From Aureliella sp. (GTDB lineage Bacteria; Planctomycetota; Planctomycetia; Pirellulales; Pirellulaceae), in contig OY829846.1 in NCBI GenBank assembly GCA_963691875.1, positions 3,072,001-3,136,000 on the forward strand: DNA of 64,000 nt, read 5' to 3'. This document shows, piece after piece, positions 31,000 through 40,280 of the stretch (position 1 is its first letter; each line of letters opens with the position of its first letter). A program made the position numbers and the translations under genes. Below the pieces are notes generated by a model, which did not search any database, had not been told where the DNA came from, and was given only the letters and a program-made list of their open reading frames with translations.

Positions 31000-31268
31000 G
31001 GTAGTTGGGTACTTAATTCCTCTCATTTCGCTTTCCTAACGCTACCAAGAAGCAATTTGTAGTCTTTTGGACTGAAATATCAGTATTTCTCGTCGGTCTT
31101 GCACATTTAGCGCGTCGATGGAGAAACTACCGGATAGGTGAGCTAGAGTTAAAAGGGCCTGCTGACCTTCTTCGCGACGGCTCAGGAAAATGGCTGCTAG
31201 TCTGGTACGGCACCAGGGCTTCACCAGTGTGCGACTTGTAAGAAGGCGAGGACTCGCTGGGTTGGATC

Positions 31269-33875
31269 ATGGGAACAGATGAGTCAGATTTCGGACTACC
31301 GGGGCCTCCGAGCGACGAGTCAACGCGACTCGGCAATGGTGGCGATAACGACTCGTTAGAATTTGACTCACTTGATTTCGACTACGACTCCCGCGAAATC
31401 AAAACCAATCTCGCTGGCGTCCTCGGCGAGTACATCTTGCTTGACTCGATTGGCGCCGGTGGCATGGGAAAGGTGTTTCGAGCTGAGCATCGGACCATGA
31501 ATCGCCAAGTCGCACTCAAGATCTTAAGCGACGAGTTTTCGAACAAGAAGGCGTTGCTACAGCAGTTCTTTTCCGAAATTCGGGCTGTCGCTAAGTTTAT
31601 GCACCCGAACATTGTCACTGCCTTCGACGCTGGCAGCTCGGGCGGTATCCATTACTTGGTGATGGAGTTAGTCGAGGGCAACCCACTTTCGGCTACCGTG
31701 AAACGCGAAGGCCCGATGACGATGGCGGGCGCTGTAAGCGTTTTGGAACAGGCGGGAAGAGCTCTGTCGTATGCCCACAGCTTGGGAATCGTGCACCGAG
31801 ATATCAAGCCGGGCAACATGATGCTGACGCACGATGGCGTTCTCAAAATTTTGGACTTTGGTTTAGCCCGCATCTCCAATCAGCAGATTCTGACTGGCAA
31901 GACGAAGCGATACTTCATGGGGACTCCGGAATACATGTCCCCGGAGCAAATCGAGAATCCAGACAGCGTCGATGGACGAAGCGATCTGTACAGTCTGGGA
32001 GCCACCCTCTATTTCCTGCTCACCGGCAAAGCGATGTTCACCGGTGAAATGATGCGGGTGGCCAAGTCACAGAGGGATGAGGCGCCCAAGCCGCTATACG
32101 AACTGCGCTCCGATGTCGATTTGCGAGTCGACACAGTCTTCCAACGCCTTGTCGCCAAAATGCCATCCGATCGTTATGAATCGGCCGACGCTTTACTCGC
32201 TCATATGACTGCTCTCGAGCTATCTGCAGAGCCCGGATCCGATACAACTCTCAATCGAACCAACTCCCGCCTCAAAGATGAATCCACGCCCAATTCGGGT
32301 TTGGGGCAGTCAACGCTTGCGAAGAAGCCGCAGGTCGTCGGTATCGATCTAGGAATGCTCACCTCCTGCTCAGCAGTCTACGTGCCAGGCGAAGGGCCGC
32401 AGGTCGTACCCCAGGGTGATCCAGCGAATCCGCTCTACTTACGAAACATGCTGTGGAGTTCTGACACAGAGGTTAGCATCGGGGCGGGGGCATCAGAAAA
32501 ACGCCAGGTAGATCCTGACAAAATTTTCCATAGCATCCAACGTTGGATTGGCATGTCGCAGGTGCAGCGACCATTTGGCGGTGAAATCGTTCCGCCCGAA
32601 GTGTTGCTCGCCGCACTGATTCGGCAAGTCATGTTGAATTCAGCCGAGGCAGCTGACGAGAGCACTAGCGCGATCGTCACTGTGCCAGCTTGCTACGGCC
32701 AAACGCACCGACGGGCGATCCGCAACGCGTGCGTGATAGCCGGTGTTGACTTGGTGCAATTGCTAGACAAGCCCCTAGCTGCCGCTCTAACGTGGATCGA
32801 ACTCAATGGTCGCATGTCGGAAAAGAGCCAAGCGAAGCGAGCTGCGGACGATCGACTTCTCGTTTTACAGCTAACTGGTGCTGGGTTGGACGCGAGCATC
32901 ATTCACGCTCATGGCTCGGAAGTCAAACAACTTGGGCACTGCGGCAACTGGAAGCTCGGCCTGCAGCGTTGGCAACACATGCTGATTCAGTATTTCTCAG
33001 AACGCCTCAAGGAGATGACTGACAAGGACATTCGAACGGATGTCGGAGCTGCGACTCGGTTGCAACGCACGGTCGAAATCGCGATGAAGCAGCTAACCAG
33101 CAGCAGTAAAGTCGAAGTGCGTTTTGACTGGCTTGGTTCTTCCATCAAGCAAGTGATTACTCAAGCGGGACTCGTGAAGATTGCTCCAGACCTACCCCTT
33201 TGCATCCAGCAGAGCATCGCCGGAGCGTGCGAGCTCGCGAACACAGACCCAAGTGAAATTGATCAAGTTCTGCTGGCTGGTTCGATGACTCGCATGAAGT
33301 CGGTGCAAAAGATTATTACCGATGTAATTCCGCACGATGTTGGCGTCAGTTGGATGGAACAAGCTGACTTGGCTCGCGGGGCGGCGATCATGGCACGGCA
33401 AGTCTCCTCACTTTCTCAGAACGAACTCTTACCTAGTGCCGTTTCCTGCGCCAGCTTGGACGTCGCATTGCTTGCAGATTCACCGGATAGTGTGCAGAAA
33501 CGACCGAAAGTCTTGATTGAAGGCGGAAAAACCATTCCGACTTCGCACACTCGCACGCTTCGCCCACGCAGTACGGGCAAGGGGGCATTGCTGCCGACTA
33601 TTCAGCTGATCGAAAGCAGTTCTCAAGGCAGCGGTCGCAACTGGCTCAAACTTGGACGGATCAAACCCAGCGACGCCTTTCCAGATTTGACCGCCGATGG
33701 CTCGCTGCAACTCCGACTGGAAATCGACACGAGCGGGATACTTTGCTCGACCCTCTTTGATCCAACTTCGAACGAATCTGTCATGCTTCCCGGCTCCTCG
33801 GATCCAGAGCTTACTACGGAGGAACTGGGACGCTGGCGCAATTGGCTCGAGGAAGTCATGCTGCTTCTCGGCTAA
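31269..33875 (+). CDS. Ser/Thr protein kinase fused to a degenerate Hsp70-like domain
   Basis: GAGGMG, VALK, HRDIKPGN, DFG, YMSPE; from 32334 VVGIDLG, AIVTVPA, PLAAAL, VLLAGSMTRM, LARGAA. Confidence 0.9.
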   Translation: MGTDESDFGLPGPPSDESTRLGNGGDNDSLEFDSLDFDYDSREIKTNLAGVLGEYILLDSIGAGGMGKVFRAEHRTMNRQVALKILSDEFSNKKALLQQFFSEIRAVAKFMHPNIVTAFDAGSSGGIHYLVMELVEGNPLSATVKREGPMTMAGAVSVLEQAGRALSYAHSLGIVHRDIKPGNMMLTHDGVLKILDFGLARISNQQILTGKTKRYFMGTPEYMSPEQIENPDSVDGRSDLYSLGATLYFLLTGKAMFTGEMMRVAKSQRDEAPKPLYELRSDVDLRVDTVFQRLVAKMPSDRYESADALLAHMTALELSAEPGSDTTLNRTNSRLKDESTPNSGLGQSTLAKKPQVVGIDLGMLTSCSAVYVPGEGPQVVPQGDPANPLYLRNMLWSSDTEVSIGAGASEKRQVDPDKIFHSIQRWIGMSQVQRPFGGEIVPPEVLLAALIRQVMLNSAEAADESTSAIVTVPACYGQTHRRAIRNACVIAGVDLVQLLDKPLAAALTWIELNGRMSEKSQAKRAADDRLLVLQLTGAGLDASIIHAHGSEVKQLGHCGNWKLGLQRWQHMLIQYFSERLKEMTDKDIRTDVGAATRLQRTVEIAMKQLTSSSKVEVRFDWLGSSIKQVITQAGLVKIAPDLPLCIQQSIAGACELANTDPSEIDQVLLAGSMTRMKSVQKIITDVIPHDVGVSWMEQADLARGAAIMARQVSSLSQNELLPSAVSCASLDVALLADSPDSVQKRPKVLIEGGKTIPTSHTRTLRPRSTGKGALLPTIQLIESSSQGSGRNWLKLGRIKPSDAFPDLTADGSLQLRLEIDTSGILCSTLFDPTSNESVMLPGSSDPELTTEELGRWRNWLEEVMLLLG

Positions 33876-34075
33876 GGCAGAAGGCGAGTCAGAAATTGCC
33901 AGTCCATGTTCGTTTTCACACAGCATTCGCCTGCGCGAAGACACTTTGCACTGGTAGAAGCTCTTCTGCCAGTCGCCTAAGATCGGAAAGCCGCTGCGCT
34001 CGCGACCTTACCTAGATTCTGAGTCTCCGTTAAGCTATCCCCGAATCAACCGGACAAAGCTTTATTGGATAGACC

Positions 34076-34684
34076 ATGTTCTCGGAACAGACAGAGCCAG
34101 TTTCTCTCGCCATCGTTCACTTTCCACATCCTACGTTGCGTTACGAAGCCAAGCCTGTGCGGCGCGTCGACAAGGAACTTCGAAACATGGTCGCCCAGAT
34201 GTTCGACCTCATGTACGAGCATCATGGAGTCGGCTTGGCGGCAACGCAAGTGGATTTACCCTTACGGATGTTTGTGATGAATCCAAGCGGACAGAAGGGC
34301 GAAGGCGAAGAATGGGTAGTACTGAATCCGGTGCTTACCAAACCCAAGGGCAATGAGGAGGCTGAGGAAGGATGCTTGAGTTTGCCGGGCATTCATGGAA
34401 ACGTGATTCGCTCCAAGTCCATCCATCTTAATGGTTTTGACCTCAAGGGAAATGAGCTCAACGTCACCTTGACGGGTTTTGAAGCTCGCATCGCCCAGCA
34501 TGAGGTCGATCATCTCGACGGCACCATGTTTATTGACCGCCTCAAGGAAGGCGTGGTCAATGAGTTGCTCGGCGAGCTCGATGCGCTCGAAACCGAATTT
34601 CGCTCCAAACAACGCACTGGCGCGATTCCCGAAGACGCAGAGCTACTTGAGCGTCTCGGTGATTTAGAATCCCGCTACTGTTGA
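34076..34684 (+). CDS. def: Peptide deformylase
   Basis: GVGLAATQ, EGCLS, QHEVDHLDG. Confidence 0.96.
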   Translation: MFSEQTEPVSLAIVHFPHPTLRYEAKPVRRVDKELRNMVAQMFDLMYEHHGVGLAATQVDLPLRMFVMNPSGQKGEGEEWVVLNPVLTKPKGNEEAEEGCLSLPGIHGNVIRSKSIHLNGFDLKGNELNVTLTGFEARIAQHEVDHLDGTMFIDRLKEGVVNELLGELDALETEFRSKQRTGAIPEDAELLERLGDLESRYC

Positions 34685-34764
34685 GAATACGAGCCCAGGC
34701 CAGAAGGTGAACCAAGACAAAGACGTCGCGCGAGTCACTTGAGTGTTCAAATCTGGCGAGGCGG

Positions 34765-34798
34765 TTTGCTTCTGCATCACGCGAGACATAGAAGCAAA
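34765..34798. terminator. Possible hairpin between convergent def and DUF1501 genes
   Basis: TTTGCTTCT / AGAAGCAAA 9-bp inverted repeat. Confidence 0.3.
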
Positions 34799-34858
34799 TC
34801 GAGCCCGCGGCTGGGCGATAAACAAAAAAGTGGCTTCGGCGCGGCGTCCTGCACTGCA

Positions 34859-36214
34859 CTAGCTCTGGATGATGTCGGTGACGACTCGGCCGTAGACGTC
34901 GGTAAGTCGGTAGTCGCGGCCGGCGTAACGGTAGGTTAACTGCTCGTGGTTGATCCCGAGCTGATACAAGATGGTCGCGTGAAGATCATGCAAGTGCACC
35001 TTGTCTTGCTCAGCATAGTAGCCAAACTCATCGGTGCTTCCATGGCGATATCCGGCTCGCATGCCGCCGCCTGCCATGAAAACGGTATAGCCAAATGGAT
35101 TATGATCTCGGCCATTGCTACCCTGGCTAGAGGGAGTCCGGCCGAATTCGCCACCCCATAGCACCAATGTTTTTTCGAGCAGTCCGCGTTGCTTGAGGTC
35201 TTGTAGCAGGCCAGCGATAGGCTGGTCCACTGCAACAGCATTGTTGATGTGCCCTTCCTTGAGCTTGGAATGCTGGTCCCAGCGATCAGCTTTGACTCGC
35301 GGTGAAAACAGCTCAACAAAACGCACACCGCTTTCCACTAGCTTGCGGGCAATCAAGCACCGAGAGCCAAACTTGCGGCAGCGCGGATCGTCCAGGCCGT
35401 AGAGTCTATGGATGCTTTTGGTTTCGCGGGAAATATCGAGTAAATCAGGAACAGAATTTTGCATCCGTGCTGCTTTCTCGTAGCTTTCGATTTGCGATTC
35501 GAGACCCGAGTGAGGCGAAGACAGGCGAGCAAAACTCCGAATTGCCCTGAGTTTTGCGTTTTGAACCTGCGGCGAATCCGCTGGCGATAGGAACTCGACC
35601 GGAACCGCGCCGTCATGAAATTTGGCGCCGGAAAAACTGCTTGGTAGGAAGCCTGAACTCCAACTCGCCGCGCCTCCGCTTGGTGATTGTCCACAGTCGA
35701 GTACTACAAAACCAGGAACGTTATCGTTCTCGGTCCCAAGTCCGTATGTTACCCAAGAACCGATACTGGGGCGTCCTGCCATTGGGTCACCGGTATGGCT
35801 CATGTAACAGCCAGCCGAGTGATTCGAAACCCCGTGATGCATCGAATGTATAAAGGTGAGGTCATCCATGCAGCCGGACAGATGCGGAAAGAGCTCGCTG
35901 GCCCATCCTCCGCTTTCGCCATAGCGCGAGAACTTGAAGGGCGAAGCCATGATCTTGTTGGAACTATTGAAGACCGTTGCAGGTTTGTCGAAAGGAAGTG
36001 GCTTACCGTGCTCTTTTTCGAGCCGTGGTTTGGGCTCGAAGGTATCGACTTGGCTCGGCCCACCTTCCATGTAGAGGTAAATCACCGATGTTGCAGCCGT
36101 TTCCTTCACACGAGTTGCGTCACCTGCACAAATTCCTTGTAACGCTAACGCACCGAATCCGCCCAAAGAGCTTTGCAAAAACTGTTGTCTTGTCAGCCGC
36201 ATGAAGCTACTCAA
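34859..36214 (-). CDS. DUF1501 family protein
   Basis: SVIYLYMEGGPSQVDTF, RPSIGSWVTYGLG, WDQH, LWGGEFGRTP, GRDHNP. Confidence 0.92.
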   Translation of the reverse strand: MSSFMRLTRQQFLQSSLGGFGALALQGICAGDATRVKETAATSVIYLYMEGGPSQVDTFEPKPRLEKEHGKPLPFDKPATVFNSSNKIMASPFKFSRYGESGGWASELFPHLSGCMDDLTFIHSMHHGVSNHSAGCYMSHTGDPMAGRPSIGSWVTYGLGTENDNVPGFVVLDCGQSPSGGAASWSSGFLPSSFSGAKFHDGAVPVEFLSPADSPQVQNAKLRAIRSFARLSSPHSGLESQIESYEKAARMQNSVPDLLDISRETKSIHRLYGLDDPRCRKFGSRCLIARKLVESGVRFVELFSPRVKADRWDQHSKLKEGHINNAVAVDQPIAGLLQDLKQRGLLEKTLVLWGGEFGRTPSSQGSNGRDHNPFGYTVFMAGGGMRAGYRHGSTDEFGYYAEQDKVHLHDLHATILYQLGINHEQLTYRYAGRDYRLTDVYGRVVTDIIQS

Positions 36215-38669
36215 TCCAAATAAATTCGGGGTGATTCCAGATTAGATGGGCAAGATGCATCCATTTATGTTCCAGGCTTTTCTGTGATGTGGATAGATCA
36301 TGCAGAAGAAGTTGAATCACTTCTGTCTCGGCGACTGTTGGCCCTCGGCTCAGGCTAGAAAGCCACAGGTTGTGCAAGGTTTCTTCGAAACTACTAGCGG
36401 CTTCGCACTCGGCTAACGATACTGCCCAATGCTTCGCCAACTCCAAGACCAAAGGACTATTCAGCATTGCTAACGCCTGGCCCGGATCTTGGGTCACATT
36501 TCGCTGGCCATTTGATTTGCCGCGATCCGGGAAATCGAACTTCTTGAGGAACGGATCATAAAAGTTCCGTCTGACTTTCAAGTAGACACTTCGTCTTCCT
36601 TTACCATCCAAAGGTCCTGAATTCGGTATGTTGCTTGGCTTGTTAGCTGTAGCGTAGCTGGGGACAAAACAATCGACGCTTGAACCAGCCATCTGTGAAT
36701 CCAAACGCCCCGCGGTGAGGACAAGGGAATCACGGATCTGCTCGGCGGTCATTCGTCGCTTTGAGTAATGAGAGAGCAACTGATTTTCTGGATCTCGCTC
36801 GATAGCGGGAAAACTCGCGACTGAAGATCTTCTAAATGCATCAGACATCAGCACTTCGCGAATTAACAGTTTCGTCGAGTAGTCATTCTGCCTGAGTCTT
36901 CGGGCGAGGTAATCGAGCAGCTCAGGGTGACTTGGCGGTGTTCCTAGTTGCCCGAAATTGCTAGGCGTTGGTACCAAGCCAGAGCCAAACAGTTGTTGCC
37001 AGATGCGGTTTGCCCAGACCCGTTCAGTCAATGGATTGTCTGGCGCTACAAACTGCTCCGCCAACCAAAGCCGGCCACTGCTTTCGCCAGGGTTCGGCAA
37101 AGGCTTGCTCCCCAGGGCCTCAAGGAATCGCCGCGGAATCACTTCGCCAGGTTTGCCAACTTCGCCGCGAATCAACAGGTTTGCGTTCTGGGTTGTTGCG
37201 TCTTGTGCTGATCGCACCCAAGCTGGCCAAGATGGGTCGACTTCAGAAAGTTTGCCCATCATGGCAAACAGTTTCTGGGTATCGCCAGGAGCTTGGATAC
37301 CCAGTTCATCGCTGATCGGAAAGTATTCCTGATTGGTCTTGGGCGATTGCGCGGCCCTCCGCCCCTTGCGCTTCTGCTCAAGAAAATTCTGGTATGCGGT
37401 TTCTTGCTTCTTCAATTCACTCTTTGATTCATCATCAAGTTCAGCTCGACGCGGTGCCACGCGTTTCGTCCCCTGCTCAGTACTCAAAAAGAATCCAGCT
37501 AGGGCGTAGTAATCTGCTTGACTGATAGCATCAAACTTGTGGTCATGGCATCGGGCGCACTCCGTCGTGATACCCAGAAATGCTTTTCCTGCCACATCGA
37601 CCTGCGCGTTGATTTCATCCCAACGCTGTTTGACTGGATCCACTGACATGAAGTGCATTTCATGCATAAACAAAGAGCCCGTTGCCGTGGCCGATCGCAA
37701 CGTACCTCGCTGAATGCGGGCTGGATATGTGGTTGTGTCAGAAAGGAGGTCGCCGGCGAGATGTTCGACAACAAATTGGTCATAGGGCACATCGTCGTTG
37801 AAGGCATCAATCACATAGTCTCGATACTTCCAGGCAAAGGGGCGTTCCTGGTCCGTAACGTGTCCCTTGGTTTCGCTGTAACGAACCAGGTCCAGCCACA
37901 TTGTCGCCCAGTGTTCACCCAAACGCGGACTCGCCAGCAAGCGATCCACCGTGCTTTCCCAGGCTCTATCTGGATCGATCTGGTGCTCTCGTAGAAAACG
38001 CTGCAGTTCTTGGGGCGTTGGTGGAAGTCCATGCAAGGAAAACTTCAGACGCCGTAGCAGTAAGGCTGGCTGTGCTTCCTGCGATGCATGCATCTGCTTT
38101 TCATCCAGCTTTCGCTGAATCCAGTAGTCGATGCTCTCGCCACGGTCCGCTGCCCGCACGGGTTGCCAAGACCAATGCGAGTCGCGTCGTGCCTGCAGAT
38201 CAAAACCGCTCTGGGACAGCTCACCGTCGCGTGGATCGATCGCGCCTTCACGAATCCAAGACTTGAAATCTCGAATGACCGCGTCGGGCAACTTACTTTC
38301 CGGAGGCATTTGCAGATCACGATCTGAGTACTTCAAAGCGTGGATTAGGAGACTTTTATGTGGATCGCCAACTTCGATTGCAACTCCGCTATCTCCGCCT
38401 CTTTGCCAGCCAGTGCGAGAGTCGAGCAAGAGGCCTCCCATCGCCTCATCTTGGTCGCCGCTATGACACTCGTAGCAGTGTTCGACCAGAATGGGACGAA
38501 TCTTGTTCTCGAAAAAGTCGAGCTTGCCTGCATCCGTTTCCTGTGCCTTTCCCAGGCAAGGACTCATCAGGATGAGAAAGGGGCAGAATCGCCATGGATG
38601 CAGCATCCAATTGCCAGGTGGGAAGTTTTTCATGGTAGGTGAGAGCGCGAAAGGACCACAACACCCCAA
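36207..38669 (-). CDS. Planctomycete cytochrome c / DUF1549 / DUF1553 (PSD1) protein
   Basis: FFENKIRPILVEHCYECH, WLDLVRY, CARCHDHKFD, NPLTERVWANRIW, PSHPELLDYLA; overlaps the DUF1501 gene; true start probably 38633 or later. Confidence 0.93.
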   Translation of the reverse strand: MGCCGPFALSPTMKNFPPGNWMLHPWRFCPFLILMSPCLGKAQETDAGKLDFFENKIRPILVEHCYECHSGDQDEAMGGLLLDSRTGWQRGGDSGVAIEVGDPHKSLLIHALKYSDRDLQMPPESKLPDAVIRDFKSWIREGAIDPRDGELSQSGFDLQARRDSHWSWQPVRAADRGESIDYWIQRKLDEKQMHASQEAQPALLLRRLKFSLHGLPPTPQELQRFLREHQIDPDRAWESTVDRLLASPRLGEHWATMWLDLVRYSETKGHVTDQERPFAWKYRDYVIDAFNDDVPYDQFVVEHLAGDLLSDTTTYPARIQRGTLRSATATGSLFMHEMHFMSVDPVKQRWDEINAQVDVAGKAFLGITTECARCHDHKFDAISQADYYALAGFFLSTEQGTKRVAPRRAELDDESKSELKKQETAYQNFLEQKRKGRRAAQSPKTNQEYFPISDELGIQAPGDTQKLFAMMGKLSEVDPSWPAWVRSAQDATTQNANLLIRGEVGKPGEVIPRRFLEALGSKPLPNPGESSGRLWLAEQFVAPDNPLTERVWANRIWQQLFGSGLVPTPSNFGQLGTPPSHPELLDYLARRLRQNDYSTKLLIREVLMSDAFRRSSVASFPAIERDPENQLLSHYSKRRMTAEQIRDSLVLTAGRLDSQMAGSSVDCFVPSYATANKPSNIPNSGPLDGKGRRSVYLKVRRNFYDPFLKKFDFPDRGKSNGQRNVTQDPGQALAMLNSPLVLELAKHWAVSLAECEAASSFEETLHNLWLSSLSRGPTVAETEVIQLLLHDLSTSQKSLEHKWMHLAHLIWNHPEFIWIE

Positions 38670-38903
38670 TTAGTCTATCACAGGCTGCGTTTTTCACGAA
38701 AGTTTTGCCGAGCTGTCGTCTTGGGGCAACAGAACTGCTATGCCTGCGGGGAGCGTGGCATATGTACAAGCTAAGTATGTGTGTATCGCGAGTTCCACCG
38801 TGATGCTGATAGCTGCCATCAATTGGTTTAGAATAGCGTCCTCAATGAAACTGCACTGAAATGCAGAATTTCCGCATTTAATGGAAAAGTCAAAGGCGTC
38901 GCG

Positions 38904-40280
38904 ATGCTCGACTTTATTGGCAAAGGCAAATCACACAATTGCAACGGTCGCAATCGTCGCGATTTCCTTCAAGTAGGAACCCTGGGTGCCGCTGGGCTGA
39001 CTCTGCCCAATTGGGTTCAAGCTCGAGAGCAAGGACAGGTCGATCCTAGCAAAGACAACAAGTCGTGCATCCTGATCTTCAATCTTGGCGCTCCAAGTCA
39101 TATCGATACCTTCGATATGAAACCGGATGCGCCTGCTGAGATTCGTGGCCCCTTTAAGCCGATCCCGACCAACGTGCCAGGAATTCAGCTTTCCGAAATT
39201 CTGCCAGAGCATGCGAAGATTGCGGACAAGATTGGATTCGTTCGCTCCTGCTTCCACCGCGGCGCAGCGGTCCACGACTCCGGTTGGCAGATCATGCAAA
39301 CGGGGCGGCTTTTCACCGGCGGTGTCGACACCCCTCACGTGGGATCTGCACTTTGGTATCTACAAGGTGCCCGAAGCGATCTTCCACCTCATGTTGTGCT
39401 GCCCGAAACCATGGGACGTGGCGGCGGAAACTTACCGAATGGACAAGCGGGCGGATTCCTTGGCAAGGCGTATGATCCTTTTGCCTTGATGGCTGATCCC
39501 TCAAAGGAAAAATTCGAAGTACCCGACTTATTGCCTCCTGAGAATATTCCAGCGGCAAGGTTGGAACGCCGACGCAAACTGCGAGCGGCGGTGGAAGAGT
39601 CGATGACTCAGTTCGAGTCGAGCGAAAGTGCAAAGATTATGAGCGAGCACTTCGATACGGCCTATCGACTCATGACGAGCCCACAAGCTCGAGATGCATT
39701 CGACCTCTCGAAAGAGCCCAAGCAAGTGCGGGAACGCTACGGCATGAATCGCTTTGGTCAGTGCCTGCTACTAGCGCGGCGATTAATCGAAGCGAAGGTC
39801 CGATTCGTCACAGTGAATACTTTTCTCACGGTCTTCGATGAGATTACTTGGGATATTCACGGAAGCAAACCCTTTACATCGATCGAAGGCATGAAGAACA
39901 TTGTGGCTCCTATGTACGACCAAGCGTACTCGGCTTTGATTACCGACTTGGACCAGCGTGGTTTGCTGGATGACACGATGGTGGTCAACATGGCCGAGTT
40001 CGGACGCACACCCAAGGTTAATCCGGCGGGTGGTCGTGACCATTGGCCACAGTGCTACACGGTCTACTTTGCTGGCGGTGGTGTCAAAGGCGGGCAAGTC
40101 GTCGGTGCCAGCGATCCGATCGGCGCTGTTCCTGAAGATCGGCCAACAGAGCCGCCCGAAATTGTCGCCACTATCTTTCATGCGATGGGAATCGACTTGA
40201 AAGAGCACATACCCGGCCCTGGCGGCAGGCCTTTTCCAATCGTTGACAGTGGATTCCGCGAGATTCATGAGTTGTTTTAA
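38904..40280 (+). CDS. DUF1501 family protein
   Basis: RRDFLQVG, GAPSHIDTFDMKP, WDIH, AEFGRTPKVN, GRDHWP. Confidence 0.93.
   Translation: MLDFIGKGKSHNCNGRNRRDFLQVGTLGAAGLTLPNWVQAREQGQVDPSKDNKSCILIFNLGAPSHIDTFDMKPDAPAEIRGPFKPIPTNVPGIQLSEILPEHAKIADKIGFVRSCFHRGAAVHDSGWQIMQTGRLFTGGVDTPHVGSALWYLQGARSDLPPHVVLPETMGRGGGNLPNGQAGGFLGKAYDPFALMADPSKEKFEVPDLLPPENIPAARLERRRKLRAAVEESMTQFESSESAKIMSEHFDTAYRLMTSPQARDAFDLSKEPKQVRERYGMNRFGQCLLLARRLIEAKVRFVTVNTFLTVFDEITWDIHGSKPFTSIEGMKNIVAPMYDQAYSALITDLDQRGLLDDTMVVNMAEFGRTPKVNPAGGRDHWPQCYTVYFAGGGVKGGQVVGASDPIGAVPEDRPTEPPEIVATIFHAMGIDLKEHIPGPGGRPFPIVDSGFREIHELF

Noticed and set aside
30753..31268. Riboswitch or ncRNA in the ubiE-kinase intergenic region
   Set aside because: No recognisable motif by eye; a covariance-model search is needed to exclude it
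34859..40280. DUF1501 / PSD1 cytochrome cluster as a novel system
   Set aside because: Function is unknown, but this pairing is very common in planctomycetes
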